IMG/VR virus record: IMGVR_UViG_3300038988_000082
Location: 1-52,344 of that record
Reading direction: 5' to 3' (one strand)
DNA length: 52,344 nucleotides
From: a virus
Lineage: Duplodnaviria; Caudoviricetes
Below the pieces are notes generated by a model. It ran no database searches and was not told where the DNA came from. It was given only the letters and a program-made list of their open reading frames with translations. This document shows positions 9,173 to 16,849 of the stretch, piece after piece (position 1 is the stretch's first letter; every line of letters begins with the position of its first letter). Position numbers and translations under genes: made by a program.

Positions 9173-9361
9173 ATGAAAAGATTTGTCCATTTTAACAGTA
9201 ATGGATTTGTCAAAGGATCTACAAAAATGTATGAAAAAGGTGAAGGGTGCTCTATTGGAGAAGTCATAGTCATTCTCTTAACAGGAGCAATTGCTTTATT
9301 TGGATTACTAAAGATTCACGAGATTTTGTCTCCGTGGTTATTTTATTTGAATATAAATTAA
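9173..9361 (+). CDS. Small membrane protein
   Basis: AAAGGAG RBS before ATG 9173; one hydrophobic helix. Confidence 0.6.
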   Translation: MKRFVHFNSNGFVKGSTKMYEKGEGCSIGEVIVILLTGAIALFGLLKIHEILSPWLFYLNIN

Positions 9362-9364
9362 TTA

Positions 9365-9389
9365 CGCGAAAAAAACAGCCCCTTTTATG
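9365..9389 (+). promoter_or_regulatory. Phage promoter-like motif CGCG-N6-ACA-N9-ATG
   Basis: CGCG AAAAAA ACA GCCCCTTTT ATG. Confidence 0.75.
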
Positions 9390-9442
9390 GAGAGAAGGAA
9401 GATTAAAAGACCGACTTTCGGATTATAATCCCTCTCTCTTTT
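9389..9442 (+). ncRNA. Short structured RNA or leader hairpin
   Basis: GAGAGAAGGA pairs with TCCCTCTCTC, inner CCGA-CTT-TCGG, followed by a T tract; begins at the end of the promoter motif. Confidence 0.4.
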
Positions 9443-9470
9443 ATTTTTGCTAAAAAGGGGGTTATGTAAC

Positions 9471-9791
9471 ATGCTAGAGAGTAAATTCAAGACTAAGTTG
9501 TGTAAGGAACTAAAAACCATGTTTCCTGGTTGCATGATCCTTCATGGAGATGCAAATAAGATTCAAGGAGTTCCTGACCTACTTATTCTCTATAAGAAAC
9601 GGTGGGCGTCGTTAGAAGGAAAACAATCCAAAGATGCTCCTGCTCAACCAAACCAACCGTACTATGTGGATAAGATGAACAAAATGTCATTTTCTCGGTT
9701 CATATATCCGGAGAATAAAAAGGAGGTATTAGATGAACTTCAACAAGCATTCAGACCTCGAAGGGCAGCACGCCTTCCTAGGGGCGAGTAA
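9471..9791 (+). CDS. VRR-NUC family nuclease (Holliday junction resolvase-like)
   Basis: MLESKF..., QGVPDLL, SLEGK, QPNQ pattern. Confidence 0.78.
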   Translation: MLESKFKTKLCKELKTMFPGCMILHGDANKIQGVPDLLILYKKRWASLEGKQSKDAPAQPNQPYYVDKMNKMSFSRFIYPENKKEVLDELQQAFRPRRAARLPRGE

Positions 9792-10290
9792 ATATCATTG
9801 GGTGAACTATGACGAAGCAAAAGTTATAGAATCATTTTCAAGGTTTATGGCTGCTCAAAGAGGCACCGAATTACATGCTTTTGCTGCTATTTGTATAAGA
9901 TTAGGTCAAAAGTTACCTAAGTGTAAAAAAACATTAAATATGTATGTCAATGATGCAATAGGGTTCAAGATGAGACCCGAGCAGATTCTATATTACTCGG
10001 ATAATTGTTTTGGAACTGCCGACACTATATCTTTTAGAAATGATCTTCTTCGTATTCACGATTTTAAGAGTGGTGTTACACCAACTAAAATGGAGCAGCT
10101 TAAAATATATGATGCTCTCTTTTGTTTGGAGTATCGTATCAAACCATCTGAAATTGATCATGAATTACGGATATATCAATCTGATGAGGTATTGTATCAT
10201 AAGCCGACACCAGATGAAATTATGGCAATTTGTGACAAAATTGTATTGTTTGATAAGATCATAACTAAGATTAGAGCAGAGGAGGAATGA
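9733..10290 (+). CDS. PD-(D/E)XK (Cas4/RecB-like) nuclease
   Basis: GTELH, FGTADTI, IHDFKSG and QLKIY motifs; AAGGAGG RBS. Confidence 0.75.
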   Translation: MNFNKHSDLEGQHAFLGASKYHWVNYDEAKVIESFSRFMAAQRGTELHAFAAICIRLGQKLPKCKKTLNMYVNDAIGFKMRPEQILYYSDNCFGTADTISFRNDLLRIHDFKSGVTPTKMEQLKIYDALFCLEYRIKPSEIDHELRIYQSDEVLYHKPTPDEIMAICDKIVLFDKIITKIRAEEE

Positions 10291-13019
10291 CCATGGATTT
10301 TATCGAGGACGACATTTTAGCCCATTATGGAATGAAGTATCGGTCTGGTCGATATCCTTGGGGTTCCGGAGATCATCCGTATCAACATAGTGGAGATTTT
10401 CTTAGCAGAGTTGAAGAACTCTCTAAAAATGGCATAAGCCAAGTTGAGTTGGCAAAACAAATGGGTATGACCACGACCGAGTTGCGCATGCAGCTTCGAG
10501 TCGCTAAGCACGAACGTAAGAACCTTGATGCCGATCGGGCGCAGTCTCTTAGAGATGATGGAAAGAGTTATAATAAGATAGCAAAAATTTTGGGGTACAA
10601 GAATGAGTCTTCTATTCGGTCTCTTTTAAATGAAAATTCGCAAGCTAACCGTAATAAGGCTAGAGTTACTGCGGATATTCTTAAAAATGAGATAGAGAAG
10701 AAGGGCATGCTCGATGTTGGCGTTGGCGTTGAAAGACAGCTTGGGGTTTCGCCTGGTGTTCTCCAGGAAGCTTTATTTATTCTTCGAACAGAAGGATATG
10801 AAGTGTATGGAATAGGCATTCAACAAGTGAATAACCCTGGAAAGCAATCAAATACCGCAGCTCTCTGTATGCCCGGAACCACATATAAACAAGCTTATGA
10901 AAAACTCAATGCTGGTGATCTTGAATCTGTCGGGGACTATCATTCTAGAGATGGTGGGAAGTCTTTTGATAAAAGAGAATACCCTTCAAGCATAGACTCA
11001 AGTCGTGTTGGCATTCGGTATGGCGATGAAGGCGGATCGTTAAAAGATGGTGTGATTGAAATAAGGCGTGGCGTACCAGATTTAGATTTAGGTAACTCTC
11101 ATTATGCACAAGTTCGTATATTGGTTGATGGAACCCATTATCTCAAAGGAATGGCTATGTATTCGGATGATATTCCTGATGGTGTGGATATTATGTTCAA
11201 TACCAATAAGAAAACCGGTACTCCTAAAACCGATGTCATGAAGCCTATAGGAAAGGATCCTGATAATCCGTTTGGAGCTTATATTAAAGCTGATGGTCAG
11301 AGTAAATATGATGACCCAAATGGAAAATATATTGATCCTGTTACTGGAAAGAAGCAGTCGCTTTCGGCTATTAATAAACTGAAAGAAGAAGGCGATTGGG
11401 ATTCAATGGCTCGAAACTTGTCTTCTCAGTTCTTATCTAAGCAGCCTATGAAGCTGATAAAGACTCAACTAGATTTGACATATGCCGATGCACAAGCAAC
11501 GTATGATGAAATAAAAAATCTAAATAATCCAACAGTTAAACGGAAAATGCTTATTGACTTTGCTGATGGGTGCGATGCAGCAGCCGTTCATTTGAAAGCG
11601 GCCTCACTCCCTCGTCAAAGAACACAAGTTATTTTACCAATAACCTCTATGAAGGAAAATGAAGTTTACGCTCCGAACTTTAAAGATGGAGAAACGGTAG
11701 CGTTAGTTCGATATCCTCATGGTGGAACATTTGAAATACCGGTGTTAACAGTTAATAATAAGAACAAGGGTGCTCAGAGTATTCTTGGTAAAAACATTAA
11801 GGATGCTATAGGCATCAATTCTAAGGTAGCTGAAAGGCTCTCTGGTGCCGACTTTGATGGGGATCAAGTAGCGGTTATACCAATTAATGATAAGGTTAGG
11901 ATTAAATCCACACCGCCTTTGAAGGCTCTTGTAGGGTTTAACGCTAAAGATCAATATGCTATTCCTGAGGGAAATCCCAAGAAGGTTCCAGTTATGACTA
12001 AGGCTAACACCCAGAAACAAATGGGTATGATTTCTAACCTTATAACAGACATGACCCTTAAGGGTGCCCCTGAAAGCGAGATAGCTAGAGCGGTTAAGCA
12101 TAGTATGGTCGTCATTGACGCAGCTAAGCATAAACTCGACTATAAGCAATCAGAGAAGGACAATGGTATTGCGGCACTTAAGAAGACCTATCAAGGGTAC
12201 ATTAAGGATGATGGTACAGAAGCCGGTGGTGCTTCAACCCTTCTTTCAAGAAGAAAGCAAACAATTGCTGTACCTGAACGACAAGGTAGTGGCCGAATTG
12301 ATAAGGAGACAGGTAAGGTGGTTTATAACACATCAGGTAGAACCTATGTGGATAAGACTGGAAAAAGAGTCCCCGCCACAACAAAAGTACATCTGATTAA
12401 TCAAGTAGACGATGTCCGGTCCTTGTCATCAGGAACACCCCAAGAAAACGCTTATGCTGATTATGCAAACAAAATGAAAGCGTTAGCCAATCAAGCTAGA
12501 AAAGAGTACATGACTACAGGTCGATTAGTGGCCTCTAGTAGTGCGAAGGAAACCTATAAGGCGGAGGTTGCTAAACTAAACGCCGACTTAAACATTGCGC
12601 TCATGAACGCCCCCCGTGAAAGGAAGGCTCAAGCCATAGCTAACTCCGTAGTAAAGGCAAAAAAACAAGATAACCCCGCTATGGATAAAGAGGAACAAAG
12701 AAAAGTTGGTCGTCAGGCACTGTATGATGCAAGGCATGCTGTTGGAGCCAGTGGTAAAGAAACACGCATCACCATTACCGATAGACAATGGGAAGCTATC
12801 CAGGCTGGAGCTATTACAGATACCAAGCTTACTCAGATCCTACGCTATACAGACCCTGATGTTATCAAGCAGCTAGCAACACCAAGAACAAGCACCCAAC
12901 TTTCTACAGCTAAAGCTAATAAGCTTAAGACTATGAAAGCATCCGGGTACTATACAAATGAAGAGATCGCCCAGTCTTTGGGTGTATCAGTATCAACAGT
13001 TAATAATTACAAGGGCTGA
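10287..13019 (+). CDS. Single-chain two-barrel (DPBB) RNA polymerase-like protein with terminal HTH domains
   Basis: Catalytic-loop motif LSGADFDGD (GADFDGD at 11844-11864), upstream VRYP (RYP at 11709), QVRI...LKG (11109-11150); two N-terminal HTH-like segments and a C-terminal TNEEIAQSLGVSVSTV. Confidence 0.8.
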   Translation: MTMDFIEDDILAHYGMKYRSGRYPWGSGDHPYQHSGDFLSRVEELSKNGISQVELAKQMGMTTTELRMQLRVAKHERKNLDADRAQSLRDDGKSYNKIAKILGYKNESSIRSLLNENSQANRNKARVTADILKNEIEKKGMLDVGVGVERQLGVSPGVLQEALFILRTEGYEVYGIGIQQVNNPGKQSNTAALCMPGTTYKQAYEKLNAGDLESVGDYHSRDGGKSFDKREYPSSIDSSRVGIRYGDEGGSLKDGVIEIRRGVPDLDLGNSHYAQVRILVDGTHYLKGMAMYSDDIPDGVDIMFNTNKKTGTPKTDVMKPIGKDPDNPFGAYIKADGQSKYDDPNGKYIDPVTGKKQSLSAINKLKEEGDWDSMARNLSSQFLSKQPMKLIKTQLDLTYADAQATYDEIKNLNNPTVKRKMLIDFADGCDAAAVHLKAASLPRQRTQVILPITSMKENEVYAPNFKDGETVALVRYPHGGTFEIPVLTVNNKNKGAQSILGKNIKDAIGINSKVAERLSGADFDGDQVAVIPINDKVRIKSTPPLKALVGFNAKDQYAIPEGNPKKVPVMTKANTQKQMGMISNLITDMTLKGAPESEIARAVKHSMVVIDAAKHKLDYKQSEKDNGIAALKKTYQGYIKDDGTEAGGASTLLSRRKQTIAVPERQGSGRIDKETGKVVYNTSGRTYVDKTGKRVPATTKVHLINQVDDVRSLSSGTPQENAYADYANKMKALANQARKEYMTTGRLVASSSAKETYKAEVAKLNADLNIALMNAPRERKAQAIANSVVKAKKQDNPAMDKEEQRKVGRQALYDARHAVGASGKETRITITDRQWEAIQAGAITDTKLTQILRYTDPDVIKQLATPRTSTQLSTAKANKLKTMKASGYYTNEEIAQSLGVSVSTVNNYKG

Positions 13020-13033
13020 AAGGAGGAATAGAT

Positions 13034-13291
13034 GTGGCTAAATGCGCATTATCAACTATTGATAATCCGTTTGATCCTTTTGATCAGTTTGACCAGTGGT
13101 ATAACTTTGATTTAGACCGGGGCTACAGTTCTTGTTCCTTCTTAGATCGAGTTGCAAGAACTTCTGATCAACTTTCAGAAGAAGAAAACGATGCAGAAAT
13201 TGAAAGAGCAATTGATGAAATTGTTAAGTATGACTTTCAAAACATCTACATCAAAGTAAAACAAAAGACAGAAGAATCAATTGATGTTTAA
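13034..13291 (+). CDS. Acidic hypothetical protein
   Basis: AGGAGG RBS, GTG start, 85 aa. Confidence 0.75.
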   Translation: MAKCALSTIDNPFDPFDQFDQWYNFDLDRGYSSCSFLDRVARTSDQLSEEENDAEIERAIDEIVKYDFQNIYIKVKQKTEESIDV

Positions 13292-13467
13292 TAAAACAAA
13301 GTTTAAAGACAATTAAATACTATAAAGTATAATTGTCACGGCGCAATAGCTTTTAATTCTAAGAAAGGACAAATGTAAGTATGAATAAATATTGTTTTTT
13401 AAATAATTTTGTTCAAAGTCTTACAGATCGTTCTCACTAATTACCATCATAAGTTATTAACGGGATA

Positions 13468-13548
13468 TAGGGGGGTCGCAAAAAAAAGCACCCCCTCCTG
13501 TCATCGCCGGCCCCCTAAAAAATTCCCCGGGGGTATATTTTTTAAAAA
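13468..13548. other. Candidate genome terminus / packaging (cos/pac) region
   Basis: Alternating G/C and A/T runs (GGGGGGTCGCAAAAAAAAGCACCCCCT...AAAAAATTCCCCGGGGG) in the largest intergenic gap, upstream of the packaging genes. Confidence 0.45.
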
Positions 13549-13564
13549 CAATCCACTATTCGTA

Positions 13565-13676
13565 TGACTTTTAAGCGGGCTTGGGGAGGGTTCGGGCGGT
13601 AGCATAAACAAAGCTTTTTACTTTTTCTCCTTTCAATAAAAGAGGCAGTCAACTTTCCAGGCCTGTTTAAAAGTTA
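13565..13676 (+). ncRNA. Long hairpin RNA with anti-RBS loop
   Basis: 24 contiguous pairs (13565-13588 with 13653-13676), 6 of them G-U; loop contains TTTTTACTTTTTCTCCTTTCAATAA. Confidence 0.6.
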
Positions 13677-13749
13677 AACAAAACTGTGGTCGAAGTATGT
13701 CAAAACTATACTAAAAGTTATTAGCAATAATTAATGAGGAGGGAAGAAC

Positions 13750-14328
13750 ATGTCAAAAAATCTAGATCAAATAGACCTCTTATATTTAATGAGTAAAATA
13801 AAATCTATGTTATACCCCGTAGGAACAATATATATGACAACAGAAAACATAAACCCTGCAGAAATGTTTGGCGGAACCTGGGTAGCATGGGGATCGGGCA
13901 GAGTTCCGGTCGGCGTGGATACTAGTCAAACCGAATTTAATACGGTTGAAAAAACCGGAGGGCATAAAGCCACAGAACAACATACCCATGTTCAGAATAG
14001 TCATACACATTCTCAGAATAGTCATAGTCATGGTGATAATTTTTCAGTTGCTACTGGAGGCGCACATACTCATAATGTTAAATGGAGGGACGGTGCTGCA
14101 TCTGGCAGTTTATATTTTTTACGCCGTGATGACCCGTCGGATAGTTATAACGGTACAAACGCCGCTGCGATGAGCGGAGGGTCTCATAGTCATACACTAA
14201 ACGGGTCGGTATCTTCTGCAACCGCCACAAATAATTCGACAACCGCCACAAATCAAGACTTTGGAACAGGTAATGCTGGCAACCTCCAACCGTTTATAAC
14301 TTGTTATATGTGGAAAAGGACAGCTTAA
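13750..14328 (+). CDS. Baseplate/tail-fibre-tip-like protein (T4 gp10/gp12 C-terminal-like) with HxH motifs
   Basis: YPVGTIY...NPAEMFGGTW...GRVPVGVD...TGG, repeated HTH/HSH tripeptides, NLQPFITCYMWKRTA. Confidence 0.75.
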   Translation: MSKNLDQIDLLYLMSKIKSMLYPVGTIYMTTENINPAEMFGGTWVAWGSGRVPVGVDTSQTEFNTVEKTGGHKATEQHTHVQNSHTHSQNSHSHGDNFSVATGGAHTHNVKWRDGAASGSLYFLRRDDPSDSYNGTNAAAMSGGSHSHTLNGSVSSATATNNSTTATNQDFGTGNAGNLQPFITCYMWKRTA

Positions 14329-14351
14329 AATTTCGAAAGGAGTCGGTAAAG

Positions 14352-14693
14352 ATGAAAAGAGTTAAAGCAACGGATCGTCCCGAATCTTCGCAAAAGATGA
14401 GACCAGCTTTGACTCCTGAAGCTGATGAAAATCAGTTGATATCACTAGCCACAAATCTCGCTAGAAAGCAACTGATGAATGGGACGGCCTCCTCACAAGT
14501 CATTACTCATTATTTGAAGCTTGGTTCAACTACCGCTAAGTATGAAAAAGAAGTGTTGATTAACCAAAACAAACTTCTTACAGCAAAGATCGAAGCACTA
14601 CAATCTCAGAAGAGAATTGAGGATCTTTATGCTAATGCTCTAGCAGCTATGAAAAAGTACAGCGGTAACGGGAGTGTTAACGATGAAGATTAG
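14352..14693 (+). CDS. Putative terminase small subunit / packaging-region protein
   Basis: Position at start of packaging module, helical protein; GAAAGGAG RBS. Confidence 0.5.
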   Translation: MKRVKATDRPESSQKMRPALTPEADENQLISLATNLARKQLMNGTASSQVITHYLKLGSTTAKYEKEVLINQNKLLTAKIEALQSQKRIEDLYANALAAMKKYSGNGSVNDED

Positions 14694-15099
14694 GACATAT
14701 TCTGAACTGAGAAGATTTCGAACATTTGAGGATCGTTATGAGTATCTTCGGCTTCAAGGAAAAGTTGGGGAGTCGACATTTGGATTTGATAGGATATTTA
14801 ATCAGATGTTCTACAAATCTGGGGAATGGTTGGCGCTTCGAGATGATGTAATCATAAGGGATAATGGTTGCGATCTTGGAATTAAAGGACGAGAGATTCA
14901 AAAGGGACTTTTTATTCATCATATGAATCCGATTTCAATTGAGGATATAAAGTCTCATAGTGATTGGCTCTTAAACCCTGATTTTTTGATCACTACAATC
15001 CTTTCGACCCATAACGCAATCCACTATGGAAACAAAGATCTACTGGTTCTCGATCCAATTGTGAGAACCAGAAATGATACATGCCCATGGAAACACTAA
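14683..15099 (+). CDS. HNH endonuclease (packaging-associated)
   Basis: W..LR..VIIRDNGCDLG...IHHMNP...LIT....THNAIH. Confidence 0.82.
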   Translation: MKIRTYSELRRFRTFEDRYEYLRLQGKVGESTFGFDRIFNQMFYKSGEWLALRDDVIIRDNGCDLGIKGREIQKGLFIHHMNPISIEDIKSHSDWLLNPDFLITTILSTHNAIHYGNKDLLVLDPIVRTRNDTCPWKH

Positions 15100-15115
15100 G
15101 AAGGAGGAAAGTATA

Positions 15116-15517
15116 ATGGAAAAGAAAAACATACCTGAAAACGTGAACGAAGAAATCAAGACCGGTGGCCTGGAGATACTCTCCGATAACGAGACACCTC
15201 CTGAAGAGCCGAAAGTGGTCGAACCGGAAGCCACTGTTCAGGAGGAGAAGTCGACCGAACCTGATGTACCTGAAACTCCCGAAGCGCCTGAAGAGCCGAA
15301 GCCTCCGACAATAGGCATCGTTGTCAATTGCCAGAAACTCAATGTCAGGAGATGTCCGAGAATCGACCCCAATCCTGCGAGCGTTGTTGCGGTATTGAAC
15401 GCGCTCACCGAAGTTGAGATCGACGCGAAGAAGTCAACAGATGACTTCTACAAAATCTTTACAGTCGTCGGAGTCGAAGGATTCTGCCTGAAGAAGTTCA
15501 TCGCTATCCGGCAGTAA
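15116..15517 (+). CDS. Protein with acidic Pro/Glu-rich N-terminus and SH3b-like C-terminal domain
   Basis: GIVVNCQKLNVRR.P...EGFCLKKFI; AAGGAGG RBS. Confidence 0.65.
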   Translation: MEKKNIPENVNEEIKTGGLEILSDNETPPEEPKVVEPEATVQEEKSTEPDVPETPEAPEEPKPPTIGIVVNCQKLNVRRCPRIDPNPASVVAVLNALTEVEIDAKKSTDDFYKIFTVVGVEGFCLKKFIAIRQ

Positions 15518-15527
15518 GGAGGACAAC

Positions 15528-15893
15528 ATGGCCGTTACAGAAAGCATCCTTGACTCTATCAAGGGGTTACTCGGTATTGCGGCGGACGATACTACGTTTG
15601 ATACTGATGTGATCACGCACATCAATACTGTAATGGCCGATTTGTATCAACTCGGTATTGGTCCGCCCGAAGGTTTCGCAATCCAAGATAATACTTCAAA
15701 ATGGAGTGACCTACTCGGAACCGACAAGCGGTTTGAATCTGTTAAGACTTATGTCTACATCGAAGTGAAGTTGGTCTTTGACCCTCCTCAAAGTTCGGCG
15801 TTGATAGAATCTCTTAAGAGAACTTCTGATAAGCTTGCGTTTCGAATTAGCATTACTCCAGAGATTACAGCACTCGATGGCGGGGAGGGATAG
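15528..15893 (+). CDS. Putative head-tail connector/adaptor
   Basis: SILDSIKGLLGI...FDTDVITHIN...LVFDPPQSS; size and context. Confidence 0.6.
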   Translation: MAVTESILDSIKGLLGIAADDTTFDTDVITHINTVMADLYQLGIGPPEGFAIQDNTSKWSDLLGTDKRFESVKTYVYIEVKLVFDPPQSSALIESLKRTSDKLAFRISITPEITALDGGEG

Positions 15894-15894
15894 T

Positions 15895-16347
15895 ATGTGG
15901 AAGTATAATGAACTCGCTCATCATGGCATTAAAGGCATGCGGTGGGGGATAAGGAGAACCAAAAAACAATTGGGAAATGCCGGCTCTTCTTCGCAGTCAA
16001 AGCCGAGGAAAGAAATTTCGGAAGAACAGAGCGATAAAGCAAAAAAGAGCGTGGCCAACGAAGCTGCAAGCGTCGCAAGGAACGCAAAAGAAATTCAAAG
16101 CGCAATTTCTAATATTCGGAAAGCTTCCAGAAAGGGTGAAGACCTGAGTAAGATTAGTGATTCCGAATTGAGAGAAAAAGTAAATCGGATGAACTTAGAG
16201 CAGCAATATTCTCGGCTCTCCCGGGATAAAACTTCCAAGGGAGAAACGTATGTCAGTAATGCATTAAGTATTGCTGGCAATGTATTGGCGGCCGGGGCGT
16301 CAGCTGTCACGATTGCCCTTGCAATAAAGACATTGAAAGGTGGTTGA
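15895..16347 (+). CDS. Basic head-associated protein (ELAHHGIKGMRWG motif)
   Basis: N-terminal LxHHG.KGM.WG.RR motif, Lys/Arg-rich. Confidence 0.7.
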   Translation: MWKYNELAHHGIKGMRWGIRRTKKQLGNAGSSSQSKPRKEISEEQSDKAKKSVANEAASVARNAKEIQSAISNIRKASRKGEDLSKISDSELREKVNRMNLEQQYSRLSRDKTSKGETYVSNALSIAGNVLAAGASAVTIALAIKTLKGG

Positions 16348-16351
16348 TCAT

Positions 16352-16837
16352 ATGTGGCAGTATAATCAAACTGGCGAACTGATGCATTATGGCGTTATGG
16401 GGATGAAGTGGGGCGTTCGTAGAGCACAATCCACGTTGGATTCAGCATCAAATTATTATAGAAAATCAGCCAAGAAAGCAAAAGATAAGGCTTCGACAGC
16501 CGATGCGTATGCTTATCTTAGAACCGACGCAAAAGGCCAAGTGCACGGTGGTTTAAATAAGAAACTAAACGTGTCAAATGCTCAGGCCAGATCTGAAAGA
16601 TTTAAAGAAAAAGCACAAAGAATGGAAAACGTTGCTCGTGGAATCGATAAGGCCAAAAAACTTATTGCTGGAATGGATACTAAACAGGCTTTAGCGACAC
16701 TTCGGAAAGAAAATAAAGTGTCTAAAGGAGAGGCTTTCTTATCTAGCTTCGGTATGGATAAGTCAACTCAATTGTACTTTGAAGCCGTTGATTATGCTAA
16801 TCGAATAACTCGAGAAGGTAGAAAGAAAGTCGATTAA
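16352..16837 (+). CDS. Basic head-associated protein (ELMHYGVMGMKWG motif)
   Basis: Same N-terminal motif as the upstream gene. Confidence 0.7.
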   Translation: MWQYNQTGELMHYGVMGMKWGVRRAQSTLDSASNYYRKSAKKAKDKASTADAYAYLRTDAKGQVHGGLNKKLNVSNAQARSERFKEKAQRMENVARGIDKAKKLIAGMDTKQALATLRKENKVSKGEAFLSSFGMDKSTQLYFEAVDYANRITREGRKKVD

Positions 16838-16849
16838 AGGAGGTCTATT

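Noticed and set aside
13589-13640. Minus-strand gene using the GAAAGGAG at 13627-13634 as its RBS
   Set aside because: Nearest start codons are too far from the SD, and the G-U pattern of the flanking stem favours a + strand RNA
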